64,000 nt of DNA, taken from the NCBI RefSeq assembly GCF_009914755.1, contig NC_060928.1; one strand, 5' to 3'. Below, one piece after another: positions 14,550 through 30,259 of this stretch (within the stretch, counting starts at the first letter, position 1; each line of letters opens with the position of its first letter). Under the pieces are notes generated by a model. It was not told where the DNA came from. It searched no databases and saw only the letters and a list, made by a program, of their open reading frames with translations. This stretch comes from the human T2T-CHM13v2.0 reference genome, Homo sapiens. The position numbers and the translations under genes were made by a program.

Positions 14550-17500
14550 TTTCTCTTCTGGCCATGAGGAACAAGATATACCTTCCTGCTAAAAACCATT
14601 TTTTTAAATGACAAAATATAAGAAATGGTGGTTTTCAGGCATTGGACCTGAGTCAGTAAAGGATAGTGTTTTCTGAAAGAGAGGGAAAGAAATAAGGTGA
14701 GATCTATGATTGCCATAACTTATTATATGGATATTTGTAGATCACAGTGCAAGAAAAGAAAACCTGCTTCGGGCAATAGAGCTGAGAATCCAGGGAGGCT
14801 TGAGTCTGTAGGGCAGAGTATCAGAGAGTTTAGAGAGATGTGTGAAAGAGAGTGTGAGAGCTAAAGCAAAAGAGAGGGAGAGTGAGTGCACACAAGTGCC
14901 TTGGAGATCAGCAGAGGATACAGTTCAAGTTTTCTGCTGAGAACTGATCAGAGAATATGTTTGGGGAAAATACCCACATGTTGGGAAAAACAACCCAAAG
15001 TAAGAGATGGGGCAACTCTTGTACGTCACATAGGGCAGAAAATAGTTTATGTTCCCACCTAGAGAAATAGAAAAAATGCTTTAATTATATTCAAAATTTT
15101 CAGCACCCTTGCCAGAATAATTGATAAAATTATTAGACATTAGCAAAGGTACAGAAAACTTGACCAATACTACGTATTGACTCTATGTGAATGATATTTA
15201 TAAAAACTCCACCAGTCAATAGCATATTCCATATTCTTTCAAGTTTACTTTGAACACTATCAACATATATCATATTCCACACCATAAAACAAGTCTTAAT
15301 AAATTTAAAATTATTTAAATCATACTAAACATATCCTGTGATGGCCATGGAATTAAATTGGAGCATGCTAATAGAAAGGCATCTGGAAAATCCCAAAATA
15401 TTTTGAAAGTAATTAAAATATTTCTTAATAACTCACAAGTACCAATAAAGAGATTAGAATTTTAAAATTATAAATAAAGATAAAAAGATATCACAATTTG
15501 TGGGAAGTGCATAAAGCAGAACTTAGAGGGAAATTTATGGCACAAGGAAAATATCACAAATCAAGAACTTAAGATGCTACCTTAAAAACTAGACAAAGTA
15601 ATGGAAATTTAAAACCAAAATAAATGTAAAAAAGACAAAATTAAAGAGCATATATTAATCACATTTTTAAAACGAAAAAAATAGAGAAAAGTAATGAAAT
15701 TAAAGCATGTTGTTTGAGAAGATCAATAAAATCAATAAACCTCTTGTCAGATCGATCTGGAAATAAAGAGGGAAGACACAAACCACACATATTAGGAGTG
15801 ACTGAGTGGATATTAGCATAGATCCTACAGATTTTGAAACAGTAAGTGAATGTTACTAACAGCATTAAGTCAAAAAATTGATAACTTAGACAAAATGAAC
15901 AAATCACTTGAAAGATACGAGCTGGAAATATGAGTACAGAAATAATAGATGATGGCATCACTACTTTTCTATCAGTCTCAGAAATTAAATTTTGAAGACC
16001 GAGTGTGGTGGCTTCTGCCTGTAATCCCAGCATTTTGTGAGGCCAAGGCAGGTGAATAGCTTGAGCCCAGGAGTCTGAGACCAGCCTGGACAACACGGTG
16101 AAACCCCGTAGCTACAAAAAATACAAAAATTAGCCTGGAATGGTAGCATGAGCCTGTTGTCCCAGCTACTCAGGAGGCTGGGGTGTGAGGATCACTAGAG
16201 CCTGGGAGGCCGAGGCTGCACTGAGCTATAATTGTGCCCCTGCACTACAGCCTGGGTGACAGCGTGAGACCCTGTCTCAAAAAAATAAAATAAAAGACAT
16301 GTTAAATTTTGAGTTAAAATCATTCCAAGAAAGCACACATAAGGCTTTGTTACTGATTTACAACAAACATACAAGAATGGAATCATAACAATCCTATACA
16401 ACATAATTTAAATTATTTTACAAAGTCGGTATTACTGATACTTGATGCAGATTGAGATATTACAAAAAAGGGAAATTACAGACCAAGATTGTTAATTAGC
16501 ATATATGCAAAAATCCTAAAAACATAATTAATTGAATTCAACAACATATGAAAAGAAAGTACATGATGATCAAGTGCAAGGAATTCGATGCTCATTTAAC
16601 ATTTGAAAATCACACAATGTAATTCATCACGACGGTATAAAGGCAAAAAACTATGAGTGTTTCAACAGATGCAGAAAAATTATTTCACTGTAAACTACAC
16701 TCATTCTTGATAAAACGCTCAGCCTGGTTGGGAGCAGCATCTACAAACACACACATGCACACAAATACACACACACAGCTAATATCATCCCTAATTATGA
16801 AAGACTCTGCACTTTCTCTTTAAGGCTAGGAACAAGGCAAAGATGGCTGGTGCCACCACCTCTCTTCACATGTTCTGGGGTCCTCGTCGGGATGTAAGGG
16901 GAGAAACAATCGTAATCATAAGGGAAACAGAAAAACAATGTAATGGCATGGAGATTGTAAAGGAAGACCTATACTGTCATGATTCAAGGATGACATGATT
17001 TTCCGTAGATACAGTTTTAAAGCATCTACAAAAAGCTTCTAAAATTAATAAGTTAATTTATTAAATTTGTGTGACTATAGATTATTTTTATACATGAGAT
17101 ATATGAAAAGTATGTTCATAATGTTTAGTTTCATTTTCCAGATAAAGTTTCATTCCAAATTTTTATATACTTTCCATTGTTTACATATATTGTAAAGATA
17201 AGGCCAATAAAAATCAATTGCATTTTTATAAATAAGCAACTAAGATTTTAAATAAATTTTAAAATAAATGCTATTTACTGTGGTTTCCAACAACATGAGA
17301 TACTTTTAGAGAAATTTAACAAGACGTGCAAGAACAGTAGGTTGAAAACAATAAAGTCAATGAGAGAAATTAGATGAAACCAAACATATGAAGATATACA
17401 CCATGAATAGAAAATAGAAAACTTCGTATTGTTAATTTGGGAATTCTTTCTATATTTATTTATAGATTCAATGCACTCCCAATTAAAATGTCAAAGGCTT

Positions 17501-17720
17501 AGGGTAAAAACGTTCTAATTTATTTTAAATTTGATATAAAAACACATATAACCTAGATGGTGCAAAATAATTTTTTAAAGCAATATCAAAGCTAAAGTTA
17601 AATAGATATACTCCCTGATTTCAAGACTTAAAGCTTTGAAACTGTAATATCTGATACCGTGATGTTGAAGAAAGGATAGACAAAATACATCAATTGAACA
17701 GGAGAGGGAATCCAGAAATT
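14550..17720 (+). mobile_element. Old L1M: 5' region and degenerate ORF2, interrupted by AluJ and a 122-bp insert
   Basis: Degenerate ORF2 motifs (cataaaacaagtcttaataaatttaaaa, tgtttgagaagatcaataaaatcaataaacctct, caacagatgcagaaaaa, gatgacatgatt, tatagattcaatgcactcccaat). Confidence 0.8.
15996..16295 (+). mobile_element. AluJ
   Basis: gcttgagcccaggag, gaggctgcactgagctata; TSD ttaaattttga. Confidence 0.9.
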
Positions 17721-17897
17721 ATGGAAATGCACACATTCAATTTTGTGGAGGATATATGACTTTTGACACTTTAAAGCAAAATGATTTAAGTATTAAAATA
17801 AGAGGCCTTTGATGAGAAAATTGGTGAGGTGCTCAAACATAATTTTAGAAGAGGTTACTTCTTATCATCCTGCTTTTGTAGAATGTTGCTGAAAATC

Positions 17898-18392
17898 ATT
17901 GTTAGTTTCCTGGAACTATAATAATAAAGTGTCACTACTGAAGTGGCTTGAAACAATTCTTTTTTTTTTTTTCACAGTGTTAGAGGCCAGAAATACAAAA
18001 TTAAGGTGTCAATAAGGCCATGGGCTCTCTGGAAGCTATAGGGGAGAATCTATTTCATGCCTTCTCTGAGCTCCTGATGTTGCCAGCCAATTCTGGTCAT
18101 TTCCTGGCTTGTGGATGCATCACTCTCATCTCTGTCTCTGTCATCACGTGGTGTTCTTGCCTGTGCCTATGTGTTTGTGTTCATTCTCTTCTTATAAGGA
18201 TTCCAGTCATACTGTATTAGGGTCCATTCTTCCAGTATGACCTTATCTTAACCACATATGCAGTGACCCTATTTACAAATAACTCATATTCTGAGATACC
18301 AAGAGTTAGAACTTGATAAAACTCTCAGCCTGCTTGGGCTGAGAGCATATCTTTTATTGAGGGGAAGAGGAAAGCACAACTCAACTGAAACA
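17898..18392 (-). mobile_element. MLT1 (MLT1B/C-like) MaLR LTR
   Basis: ttagtttcct...cacagtgttagaggccagaaa...aaggtgtca...cttataaggattccagtcat...ttagggtcc. Confidence 0.8.
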
Positions 18393-19586
18393 ACTATGTT
18401 GCAAATGAATCACCATATGATGCATTCTTTATTTGTTCTAACAATCATCACTTAGTCATGACTATAGATTATTTTTATACATGAGATATATGAAAAGTGT
18501 GTTCACAATGTTTAGTTTCATTTTCCAGATAAAGTTTCATTCCAAATTTGTATGTACTTTCCATTTTTTACATATATTGTTAGTTTGAAATGTTATCCAT
18601 TTGAATTATATTTATTTTAATGACTTTTATAATATTCCAGTTACTGTTACATATGGAGGACAAATTATTATGACTCAATCTTGTCTGTCTTTTAATAAAA
18701 ATCAAGTTTATAACTAAAATAGGGAAGAATAAGCCTAATACATAAATAAATCATTGTTGAGGTTAAAAGTAACATTGTTGAGGTTAAAAGTAACTTTTTT
18801 TTTGAAACAGGTATTGAGGGTAAAATTGATTTATGAAAAATAGAAAATAAATACAATAGTCTCTGAAGAGATTTTAAAAAAATGATCAGTTTCTTTCATT
18901 AGGTTTAAAAGCCTGGAAGGATACTTTCTAATTACAGTTTAAAATAAATTGGAATTGCACTGTCAGACAGATGTAGCTAACGTCCCATAACCAATGACAT
19001 GTATATGTCACCTTCAAGTAAAGACAACTCAGTGCTTCATCTGGGCTAACAAAATACTAATGTTAAACATAATGAACTTATTTCTCTGTTCTTACACTTA
19101 CATAAAGTACATACAGTGCCACTTTCTGTACCCCAAGGTTGTAAATGTGTACTCATTGTTTCATAAGCCAATACAATTAGAAAACCAGAATGCACTACTA
19201 CTATGAATTAAAAACATCATCAATTATCCAAACTCACTTAGAGGTGGGAAAGACCATAATTTAACATTTTAACATTTTAATAAAATCTTTAAAATGGAAA
19301 CAGCCAAAATCCACATTGGAGAAATCATCTAGAAAATAGTGTCATTAGTATGATTAATCTTTTTAATGCTGAATTAGGGAAATGATAAGTGTCATTTAGC
19401 CAGCCTCAATTATGATGAGTGTTACTTTAACACAATAGGAGAACAGTATTTCAGAAGACTTGACCCCTTCTCTCAAAGGACTTTAATATCTATTTGAGAA
19501 AGGAAATTATCTTCTGTGTTGCTACCCAATGAATTCCATGTTTACATTTTACCTGCCACATCAGACAATCCTTAGCCACTCCAAGA

Positions 19587-19591
<5 letters not shown>

Positions 19592-19625
<34 letters not shown>

Positions 19626-20385
19626 ATTAGACAATTATAAAAGATGTACATGTAATGGGAATCCTTTAGCCACGTCAAGAATGCTATACCTATATGTGTG
19701 TGTGTCTGTGTGTGTATATATATATATATATATGTGTGTATTGCATATATACACATATGTGTATTCCGTATATACGCATATGTGTATTCCGTATATACGC
19801 ATATGTGTATTCCGTATATACGCATATATGTATATATACACACACATATACGCATATATGTATATATACACACACATATACGCATATATGTATATATACA
19901 CACACATACACGCATATATGTATATATACACACACATACACGCATATATGTATATATACACACACATACACATATATGTATATATACACACACATACACA
20001 TATATGTATATATACACACACATATACACATATATACACATATATATACACACATATACACATATATGTATATATACACACATATACACATATATGTACA
20101 TATACACACATATACACATATGAATATATACACACATATATACATATATGTATATATACACATACATATATGTATATATACACACCTATACATATATGTA
20201 TATACACACATATGTATATACACACATATATACATATATGTATATATACACAAATATACATATATGTATATATACACATATATACATATATGTATATATA
20301 CACACACGTATGTATATAAGAATGCTATCTATGTGTGTGTATATATGTGTGTGTATGTGTGTGTATATATATATATATATATATC
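19592..20385. repeat. Compound (TA)n/(TG)n/(CA)n micro- and minisatellite
   Basis: (TA)n at 19592-19623, then about 700 bp of mostly alternating purine-pyrimidine sequence with 23-bp and 30-bp higher-order units. Confidence 0.97.
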
Positions 20386-20705
20386 TCCTTTGAGTTGTTT
20401 TTAATTGGCTTTATTATTGCCATCTGCAACAGCCATGTTGTGTCGGTCATAAAAATTTATTTCTAAAATCTCCTTCTAGGGAATGTAGTCAGTGACAGGA
20501 ACAATGCTTTAAGATGAGGCAAAAAGTCTAGCTATATTTCACATTTGAATTAAACCACATTGATTAAACCATCTTTTACATTTGAGGAGAATAACCACTA
20601 ATTAAATGTGCAAAATATGCTAGCAGTGACGTGCATTGGCAGCATCATCCCCATACGTATCTTTAATAATTCCAAAGACAATTGTCTTATAAATAGACAG
20701 ATTTG

Positions 20706-22492
<1,787 letters not shown>

Positions 22493-24693
22493 AAATAGGC
22501 AGATTTGTGTAATATTTCTTAGAGATAGAGATGGGTCTAAGAAGCAAAATAATGACCACTACCACAAAATTTCTCTTAAATTACATTATCTGTTTTAAAG
22601 GGCAAATAAATGCAGTATCTTTTAGAAACATCAGAATGAAGAGATAGCTGTCAAGTTACCTGCACAACTAACACATGCTTGAGCCAAATCTCTCTTTTTG
22701 CCATCTAACTTTGACTATTTATTGTACTACTGTATTTATATTATTATCATATTACTTACTATGTTATCTTGGCATAATCTGAAGCATACTTGCTGGGGAA
22801 GTAGCAACTGGTCATAAAACCCAGGCAACACATTGCAGAGTTTCAGAGACAGCCCTTTCTTTCTTTCAAAGGCAAAAATAGGCCCTTGACCTGTGAAAGG
22901 TAGTGAGAGAGAAAAGGGCGTTCTTTCTATTATTATTAAGATCAAATGTGAATGGGACGGGTGTTAGGAAGTACTCCTATATTCCATCAACCACTGGACA
23001 TGAAAAAGAGTAATGCCTCTCTTGCTATAATCTATCAGGATGAGCAAAAATAGAAATACAGGTGCCCTTCAATGTTCTCCTTTGTCTTATATATATTTAG
23101 AGTATTTGTTTATATTTATCTGTTTATAGTAATGCTTCACTTATTTTTCCCTGTGGGGAATAAGCCATTTCATTTGCAGGAATTCTCCAAATAAATGGAG
23201 TGTACTATTGTAAGCAGCAAAGGTAAACATTAAAAATATTTTTTGATGAACATCTTTCTAAAGTATATTATACATTTGTCTGCCTTTGAAAACAGAATAT
23301 GCAGTTTTCTGCATTTCTAAGGACGTTTCAGATAAATTTTTGAAGCAATGACAACCTATCCTCCTGAAAATCTATCTCTTTGTTGATTATATTATTACCT
23401 TAGAAAACAAGGCTAGGAAATTGCTGTGAGTTTTCTGTGCTGATCTTCTCTGCCAGTGCCAACCAGGTTCTGGGTGAGTGCTTGCAATGATTGTCTGGTT
23501 GTGCATAGTGGAGTTAGGCATGAGGGGAGATGGAACCTTGGCATGAGTAAAGGAGCCACGAAAGAGTCAACATTAGCTAAGGAGAAAACAGAGAACCACC
23601 ATTCCCCACATGCAAATCTGATGGAACAGGGTCAGAAGTAGGAGTTTTCAGATTGAGAGGCTAAGGGAGAATTCTGTGGATGAGTGATCATGGGCATTTT
23701 CCTGCCTTTCCAACCAAAAGGGCATTGAACTCATTTCTGTGAAAGTATTTCTACTCAACCCAGTGAACCCATCAGTGGCATTTAAACAAATACAAAGAAA
23801 TACTAATGAAAATTTCAGGAAAAGCTGACATGACACTTCTAAAGCTTTCATATTAGTTCCAATGGCAAAGTAATGACAATGTATCAACACATTGATGGTG
23901 TAGCCCATTCAAAACCACAGGAAAGAAGGAATAATATCTATGAAGTCTTCTTATTAACTTTAACTTAAAAGGCATATAGATCATTTTGCTTGTTATCATA
24001 GAATGATAGACAAATCTAAAAAGGCAGGTCAGTGGGAACTGTAATTCAGCTGTATCCATGCCCCTTAACTTGTTCAGCTATATTTGAATGTCTAGCTATA
24101 TCACAAGTTCAAATATCCTGCCTCCTCATTCCTGGAATATCATGTCTGTCCAGTGAAAAGGCATTATTCAGAGAGAAAAATATTTGTTGAGAGAGAAATA
24201 CGAGTAACCAGTACTGTTCAAAAAAAAATGTTAACAAGAAATCTGTACAACTGATATCAGAAAGTTCTCAACTGTCAAAAAAAAAAAAAAAAAACAGCTT
24301 GTTATCAGTTCAAGGAAACCTCTGACTTTTCATGTATGAATTCTATTTTTAGGAACAAATTCCATTTCCAGGCTCTTGATGAACTCACAAACCTTAAACT
24401 TATTCCTGCCAACAGATTTTGTCCCTTTATCTTATTTGTCTTGCGTATTTTATGTTATTTTATAAGTATCAGGAATTACATAAGCCTACCATCATATGGA
24501 CAGTAACATTTTGTTAAGGATTAATTTGGACACTGATCATTCTTCTCTAAAACTGATGCATATAAGTCTGTGCAAATGAAAGCTTCCCAATCAAACATAT
24601 AAACATAGTAACTTTATCTAGAGAGGTAAAATTGAGATCTCTTAGGTATTGTCATGACATGATGGGTAATTAGAAAACAATGTTATAAAAATA

Positions 24694-24986
24694 GTCTGAA
24701 TGCAGTGGCTCACACCTAAAATCTCAGCACTTTGAGAGGCCAAGACAGGAGGATCACTTGAGGCTAGGAGTTCGAGATAGCCTGGGCCACATAGCAAAAC
24801 TGCATCTCTACAAAAAGTGAAAAAAATTAGCCAGTCACAGTGGCACACACCTGTAATCCTAGCTACATGGGAAGCAAAGGGAGGAGGTTTGAGCCCAGGA
24901 GTTAGAGGCTGCAGTAAGCTATAACCACACCACTGCACTCCAGCCTGGTAACAGAGCGAGACCCTGGCTTAATAATAATAATAATA
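24694..24986 (+). mobile_element. AluJ with (AAT)n tail
   Basis: ggaggatcacttgaggctaggagttcgaga, gaggctgcagtaagctata. Confidence 0.9.
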
Positions 24987-26385
24987 GTGACAATGACAAG
25001 TCATTAGAAAATAATTCATTTTACTGAAAATAAGTAGTTAGAAACCTATTACATGTTTCTTTCACCCAGTGAGTGGCATGTAAAGCAGTAATCTTCCCAT
25101 TATCTCTTTTGGAAATAAAACATTAAAGAATTGACTTCTTATGTCAGTCTTATGACACAATGTTGACTGAACATTTTAATGAAAGTTGAAACTGAAATCC
25201 ATGAGAACTATTGGGAGTTTTCAAATGATCTGTACAAGTAAGCGATGGCTAGAGATTGTCCTTTGCCCCCTCTATTTTCCCAGCCACAGCCTGGAGCATG
25301 TCCTCAATCTTGCATGCCAACTTGCTATAATAGCTTTCAAATTCTTCTTCCCACTTTTATCCCCCTCCTCCCTAAGATTTACCACAGCCTATACAACCCA
25401 TCAAAATATGTTTCCTAGAAAACATGCTGAAAATCTCACATGGTTGCTCAGAAACAAGCAGTGATGCATGATTTATTAAGAGAATTTGTTGTCTTCATCA
25501 TGAAAGTCAATACAATTTTCCATTATGACAGTTCTCTAACACGGAATGTTCGCTCCCCTCTTCTCTGCTAAACCAAGCCCTATATTTTACTCACTCTGCA
25601 CCTCCTACATTAAACTGTTTCTCTCAAAACAAATCTTATGGTTATAATTCCCCTTATTTTCCTCCCCTAAGCACTTTATGCTACATGAATCTCACTCTCA
25701 CAATTTTTCATTTCGGAATAACGTTCTGTGAACTTTTGATTTATCTACCAACCTAAATGAGAAATTCTTATAAATCTGAATCAGAGTGCTTCTCTTTAAT
25801 TTTGTTTGAGGTTTGGCATTTTTTTCTTTAATATAAGGGCATGAATATAGCGAGGCATATCAATCAAGCATCTAAGCAGAGACATAGCTAAAAGTGCACC
25901 TTAGCTGAACTGTCCTGGGAAAGTTGGTATTTTCAGATCAGTGGGATATCTGAAATGCCTCAGAGAAAAAGAAAGGTATAGTGAAAAATACAAGAGTCTG
26001 ACATAAGGTAAGAGCTAACTCTAAGTTTAGAGTTAAGTCTCTGCAGTCAACTACACTTCCAAATTCAATCATTGCTAAGGCATTGGTGCTTTTCTAATGA
26101 AATATTTTAACATTTTTGTTCTAGCTTTTGATGAAACAAGAGATTAAATACTTATGTGATACTGGGATATATTTATATATGCTGCCTAGTAATATAATAT
26201 TATTAATAGCATGGTAAGCTACCGTGTATAGAACTTGTTATTGTTCACCTTTAATTTCAAGGCCATGCTGTATAATATTAGTCTGTTCACCCAGATAGGT
26301 GGTGAACATTTGTGGTAGCTGAACATTTTTGAGAGACAGAGGCAGCATATTTAGTGAAGCAAATAAATTTAACATAAAAATACGC

Positions 26386-26748
26386 TTTGTACCTCTGGTA
26401 GAATTCAGCTGTGAATCTGTCTTGTCCTGCACTTTTTTTGGTTGGTAAGCTATTAATTATTGCCTCAATTTCAGAGCCTGTTATTGGTCTATTCAGGGAT
26501 TCAGCTTCTTCCTGGTTGAGTGTTGGGTGGGTATATGTGTCCAGGAATGTATCCATTTCTTCTAGATTTTCTAGTTTATTTGCTTAGAGGGGTTTATAGT
26601 AATCTCTGATGGTAGTTTGTATTTCTGTGGGATCGGTGGTGATATCCCCTTTATCACTTTTTATTGTGTCTATTTAATTCTTCTCTCTTTTATTCTTTAT
26701 TAGTCTTGCTAGCAGTCTATCAATTTTATTGATCTTTTCAAAAAACCA
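26386..26748 (-). mobile_element. Inverted 5' segment of an L1PA (ORF2)
   Basis: Minus-strand translation [42 protein letters not shown] matches L1 ORF2p. Confidence 0.92.
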
Positions 26749-26784
26749 GACACACAAAAAGAAAATTTTAGACCAATATCCCTG

Positions 26785-27996
26785 ATGAACATCCATGCAA
26801 AAATCCTCAATAAAATATGGGCAAACCAAATCCAGCAGCACATCAAAAAGCTAATCCACCATGATCAAGTTGGCTTCATCCCTGGGATGCAAGGCTGGTT
26901 CAACATACGCAAATCAATAAACGTAATCCAGCATATAAACAGGACCAAAGACAAAAACCACATGATTATCTCAATAGATGCAGAAAAGGCCTTTGACAAA
27001 ATTCAACAGCCCTTCATGCTAAAAATTCTCAACAAACTAGGTATTGATGGGACGTATCTCAAAATAATAAGAGCTATTTATGACAAACCCACAGCCAATA
27101 TCATACTGAATGAGCAAAAATCGGAAGCATTCCCTTTGAAAACTGGCACAAGACAAGGATGCCCTCTCTCACCACTCCTTTTCAACATAGTGTTGGAAGT
27201 TCTGGCCAGGACAATCAGGCAGGAGAAAGAAATAAAGGATATTCAATTAGGAAAAGAGGAAGTCAAATTATCCCAGTTTGCAGATGACATGATTGTATAT
27301 TTAGAAAACCCCATCTTCCCAGCCCAAAATCTCCTTAAGCTGATAAGCAACTTCAGCAAAGTCTCAGGATACGAAATCAACGTGCAAAAATCACAAGCAT
27401 TCCTATACACCACTAACAGACAAACAGAGAGCCAAGTCATGAGTGAACTCCCATTCACAATTGCTTCAAAGAGAATAAAATACCTAGGAATCCAACTTAC
27501 AAGGGATGTGAAGGACCTCTTCAAGGAGAACTACAAATCATTGCGCAATGAAATAAAGGAAGACACAAACAAATGGAAGAAAATTCCATGCTTATGGACA
27601 GAAAGAATCAATATTGTGAAAATGGCCATACTGCCCAAGGTAATTTATAGATTCAATGCCATCCCCATCAAGCTACCAATGACTTTCTTCACAGAATTGG
27701 AAAAAACTACAGTCATATGGAACCAAAAAAGAGCCCGCATTGCCAAGACAATCCTAAGCCAAAAGAACAAAGCTGGAGGCATCATGCTACCTGACTTCAA
27801 ACTATACTACAAGGCTACAGTAACCAAAACAGCATGGTACTGGTACCAAAACAGAGATATAGACCAATGGAACAGAACTGAGCCCTCAGAAATAATACCA
27901 CACATCTACAACCATCTGATCTTGACAAACCTGACAAAAACAAGAAACAGGGAAAGGATTCCCTATTTAATAAATTATGCTGGGAAAAGTGGCTAG
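26785..27996 (+). pseudogene. L1 ORF2p reverse-transcriptase fragment (403-aa open frame)
   Basis: [32 protein letters not shown] and YLGIQL motifs. Frameshifted near the end; no endonuclease and no promoter. Confidence 0.93.
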
Positions 27997-28347
27997 CCAT
28001 AGGTAGAAAGCTGAAACTGGATCCCTTCCTTATACCTTATACAAAAATTAACTCTAGATGGATTAAAGACTTAAATGTTAGACCTAAAACCATAAAAACC
28101 CTAGAAGAAAACCTAGGCAATACCATTCAGGACATAGGCATGGGCAAGGACTTCATGACTAAAACACAAAAAGCAATGGCAACAAAAGCCAAAATTGACA
28201 AATGGGATCTAATTGAACTAAAGAGCTTCTGCAAAGTAAAACAAACTACCATCAGAGTGAACAGGCAACCTACAGAATGCGAGAAAATTTTTGCAATCAC
28301 CCATCTGACAAAGGGCTAATATCCAGAATCTACAAAGAACTCAAACA

Positions 28348-28676
<329 letters not shown>

Positions 28677-28709
28677 TCAAACAACCCCATCAAAAAGTGG
28701 GCAAAGGAT

Positions 28710-29312
28710 ATGAACAGACACTTCTCAAAAGAAGACATTTATGCAGCCAACAGACACATGAAAAAATGCTCATCATCACTGGTCATCAGAGAAATGCAAA
28801 TCAAAACCACAATGAGATATCATCTCATACCAGTTAGAATGGCGATCATTAAAAAGTCAGGAAACAACAGGTGCTGGAGAGGATGTGGAGAAATAGGAAC
28901 ACTTTTACACTGTTGGTGGGACTGTAAACTAGTTCAACCATTGTGGAAGACAGTGTGGCAATTCCTCAAGGATCTAGAACTAGAAATACCATTTGACCCA
29001 GCGATCCCATTACTGGGTATATACCCAAAGGATTATAAATCATGCTGCTATAAAGACACATGCAAAGGTATGTTTATGGTGGCACTATTCACAATAGCGA
29101 AGACTTGGAACCAACCCAAATGTCCATCAATGATAGACTGGATTAAGAAAATGTGGTACATACACACCATGGAATACTATGCAGCCATGAAAAAGGATGA
29201 GGTCATGTCCTTTGTAGGGACATGGATGAAGCTGGAAACCATCATTCTGAGCAACCTATCACAAGCACAGGAAACCAAACACCGCATGTTCTCACTCATA
29301 GGTGGGAACTAA
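28710..29312 (+). pseudogene. L1 ORF2p C-terminal fragment (200 aa)
   Basis: [18 protein letters not shown] cysteine-rich motif; native ORF2 end SLIGGN*. Confidence 0.92.
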
Positions 29313-30259
29313 ATGAGAACATCTGGACAGGACACAGAGTGGGGAACATCACACACCAGGGCCTGTTGTGGGGTGGGGGGAGGGGGTGGGATAGCATTAC
29401 AAGAAATACTTAATGTAAATGACGAGTTAATTGGTGCAGCACACCAACATGGCACATGTATACATATGTAACAAACCTGAACATTGTGCACATGTACCCT
29501 AGAACTTAAAGTATATAAAAAAAATAAATACTCCAGGACCCAGAGACAAATCGGAAAGTTCCAAATTCTTAAGAGTCATGTTCGTCCCCTCCTGACCTGC
29601 TCCAGTACTTCAAATTTAACTTTTGTAATAAACTTCCCTTTCCCATACCTTCTCCCATTTCATTTTTCTATATGAAGAAACAAGCTACAATATCTAATAG
29701 CCTAATGTGCTTATTCACCGAAGGAGAATTTAGTTTGAGGAGAATTCTAAGGCAAGCACTAGTAAGAGAATGATCTCCATCTTGCTGCCTTAAAAACAAA
29801 CACATAGCACTACACAATGAGTTTGTAGATCATACTTATGCTATGGGAAAAAGATTGCCACCAGATGACTATCACTTAACGAATATATCCTTTGCGCAAA
29901 TGAAAAGAAATGAAATTTGGAGTGTGAGAGAACAAGAGATCATTTGACAATAAAATTTAGATTTGAGTTTTTTCCAAGATATCTTTATCACACTTGAGAG
30001 TAATCCAATTAACCTACTTGAAGTAAAAGCTTCCTTCCACACAAAGGAAAGAAATGTATTCTAAATAAGAGGATTTTCAGACTCTGTTATATCCTATTCT
30101 TAGAGAGAACTAAGCAACTAGAATAGCACTCCAGATTTGGTTAGTTCAACCCAAAGTACATAAAAAGAGAACACATAATTCAAACAACTTAAATAGACTT
30201 CTTAAACAGAAGAAGCGATTTGTATATCCAGTACAATTTTTAAAAAACAAACAATAAAA

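Noticed and set aside
19754-19945. Regular 23-30 bp repeats resembling a CRISPR array
   Set aside because: Head-to-tail units without unique spacers, no cas genes, and a primate genomic context.
19490-20404. Overlapping 140-236 aa ORFs on both strands
   Set aside because: Artefacts of the TA/CA/TG satellite, which lacks stop codons; the translations are low-complexity Y/I/H/T/C/V/M.
29855-29873. CTCF-like ttgccaccagatgact
   Set aside because: The 3' half deviates from the GGGGGC core, so it cannot be supported without ChIP data.
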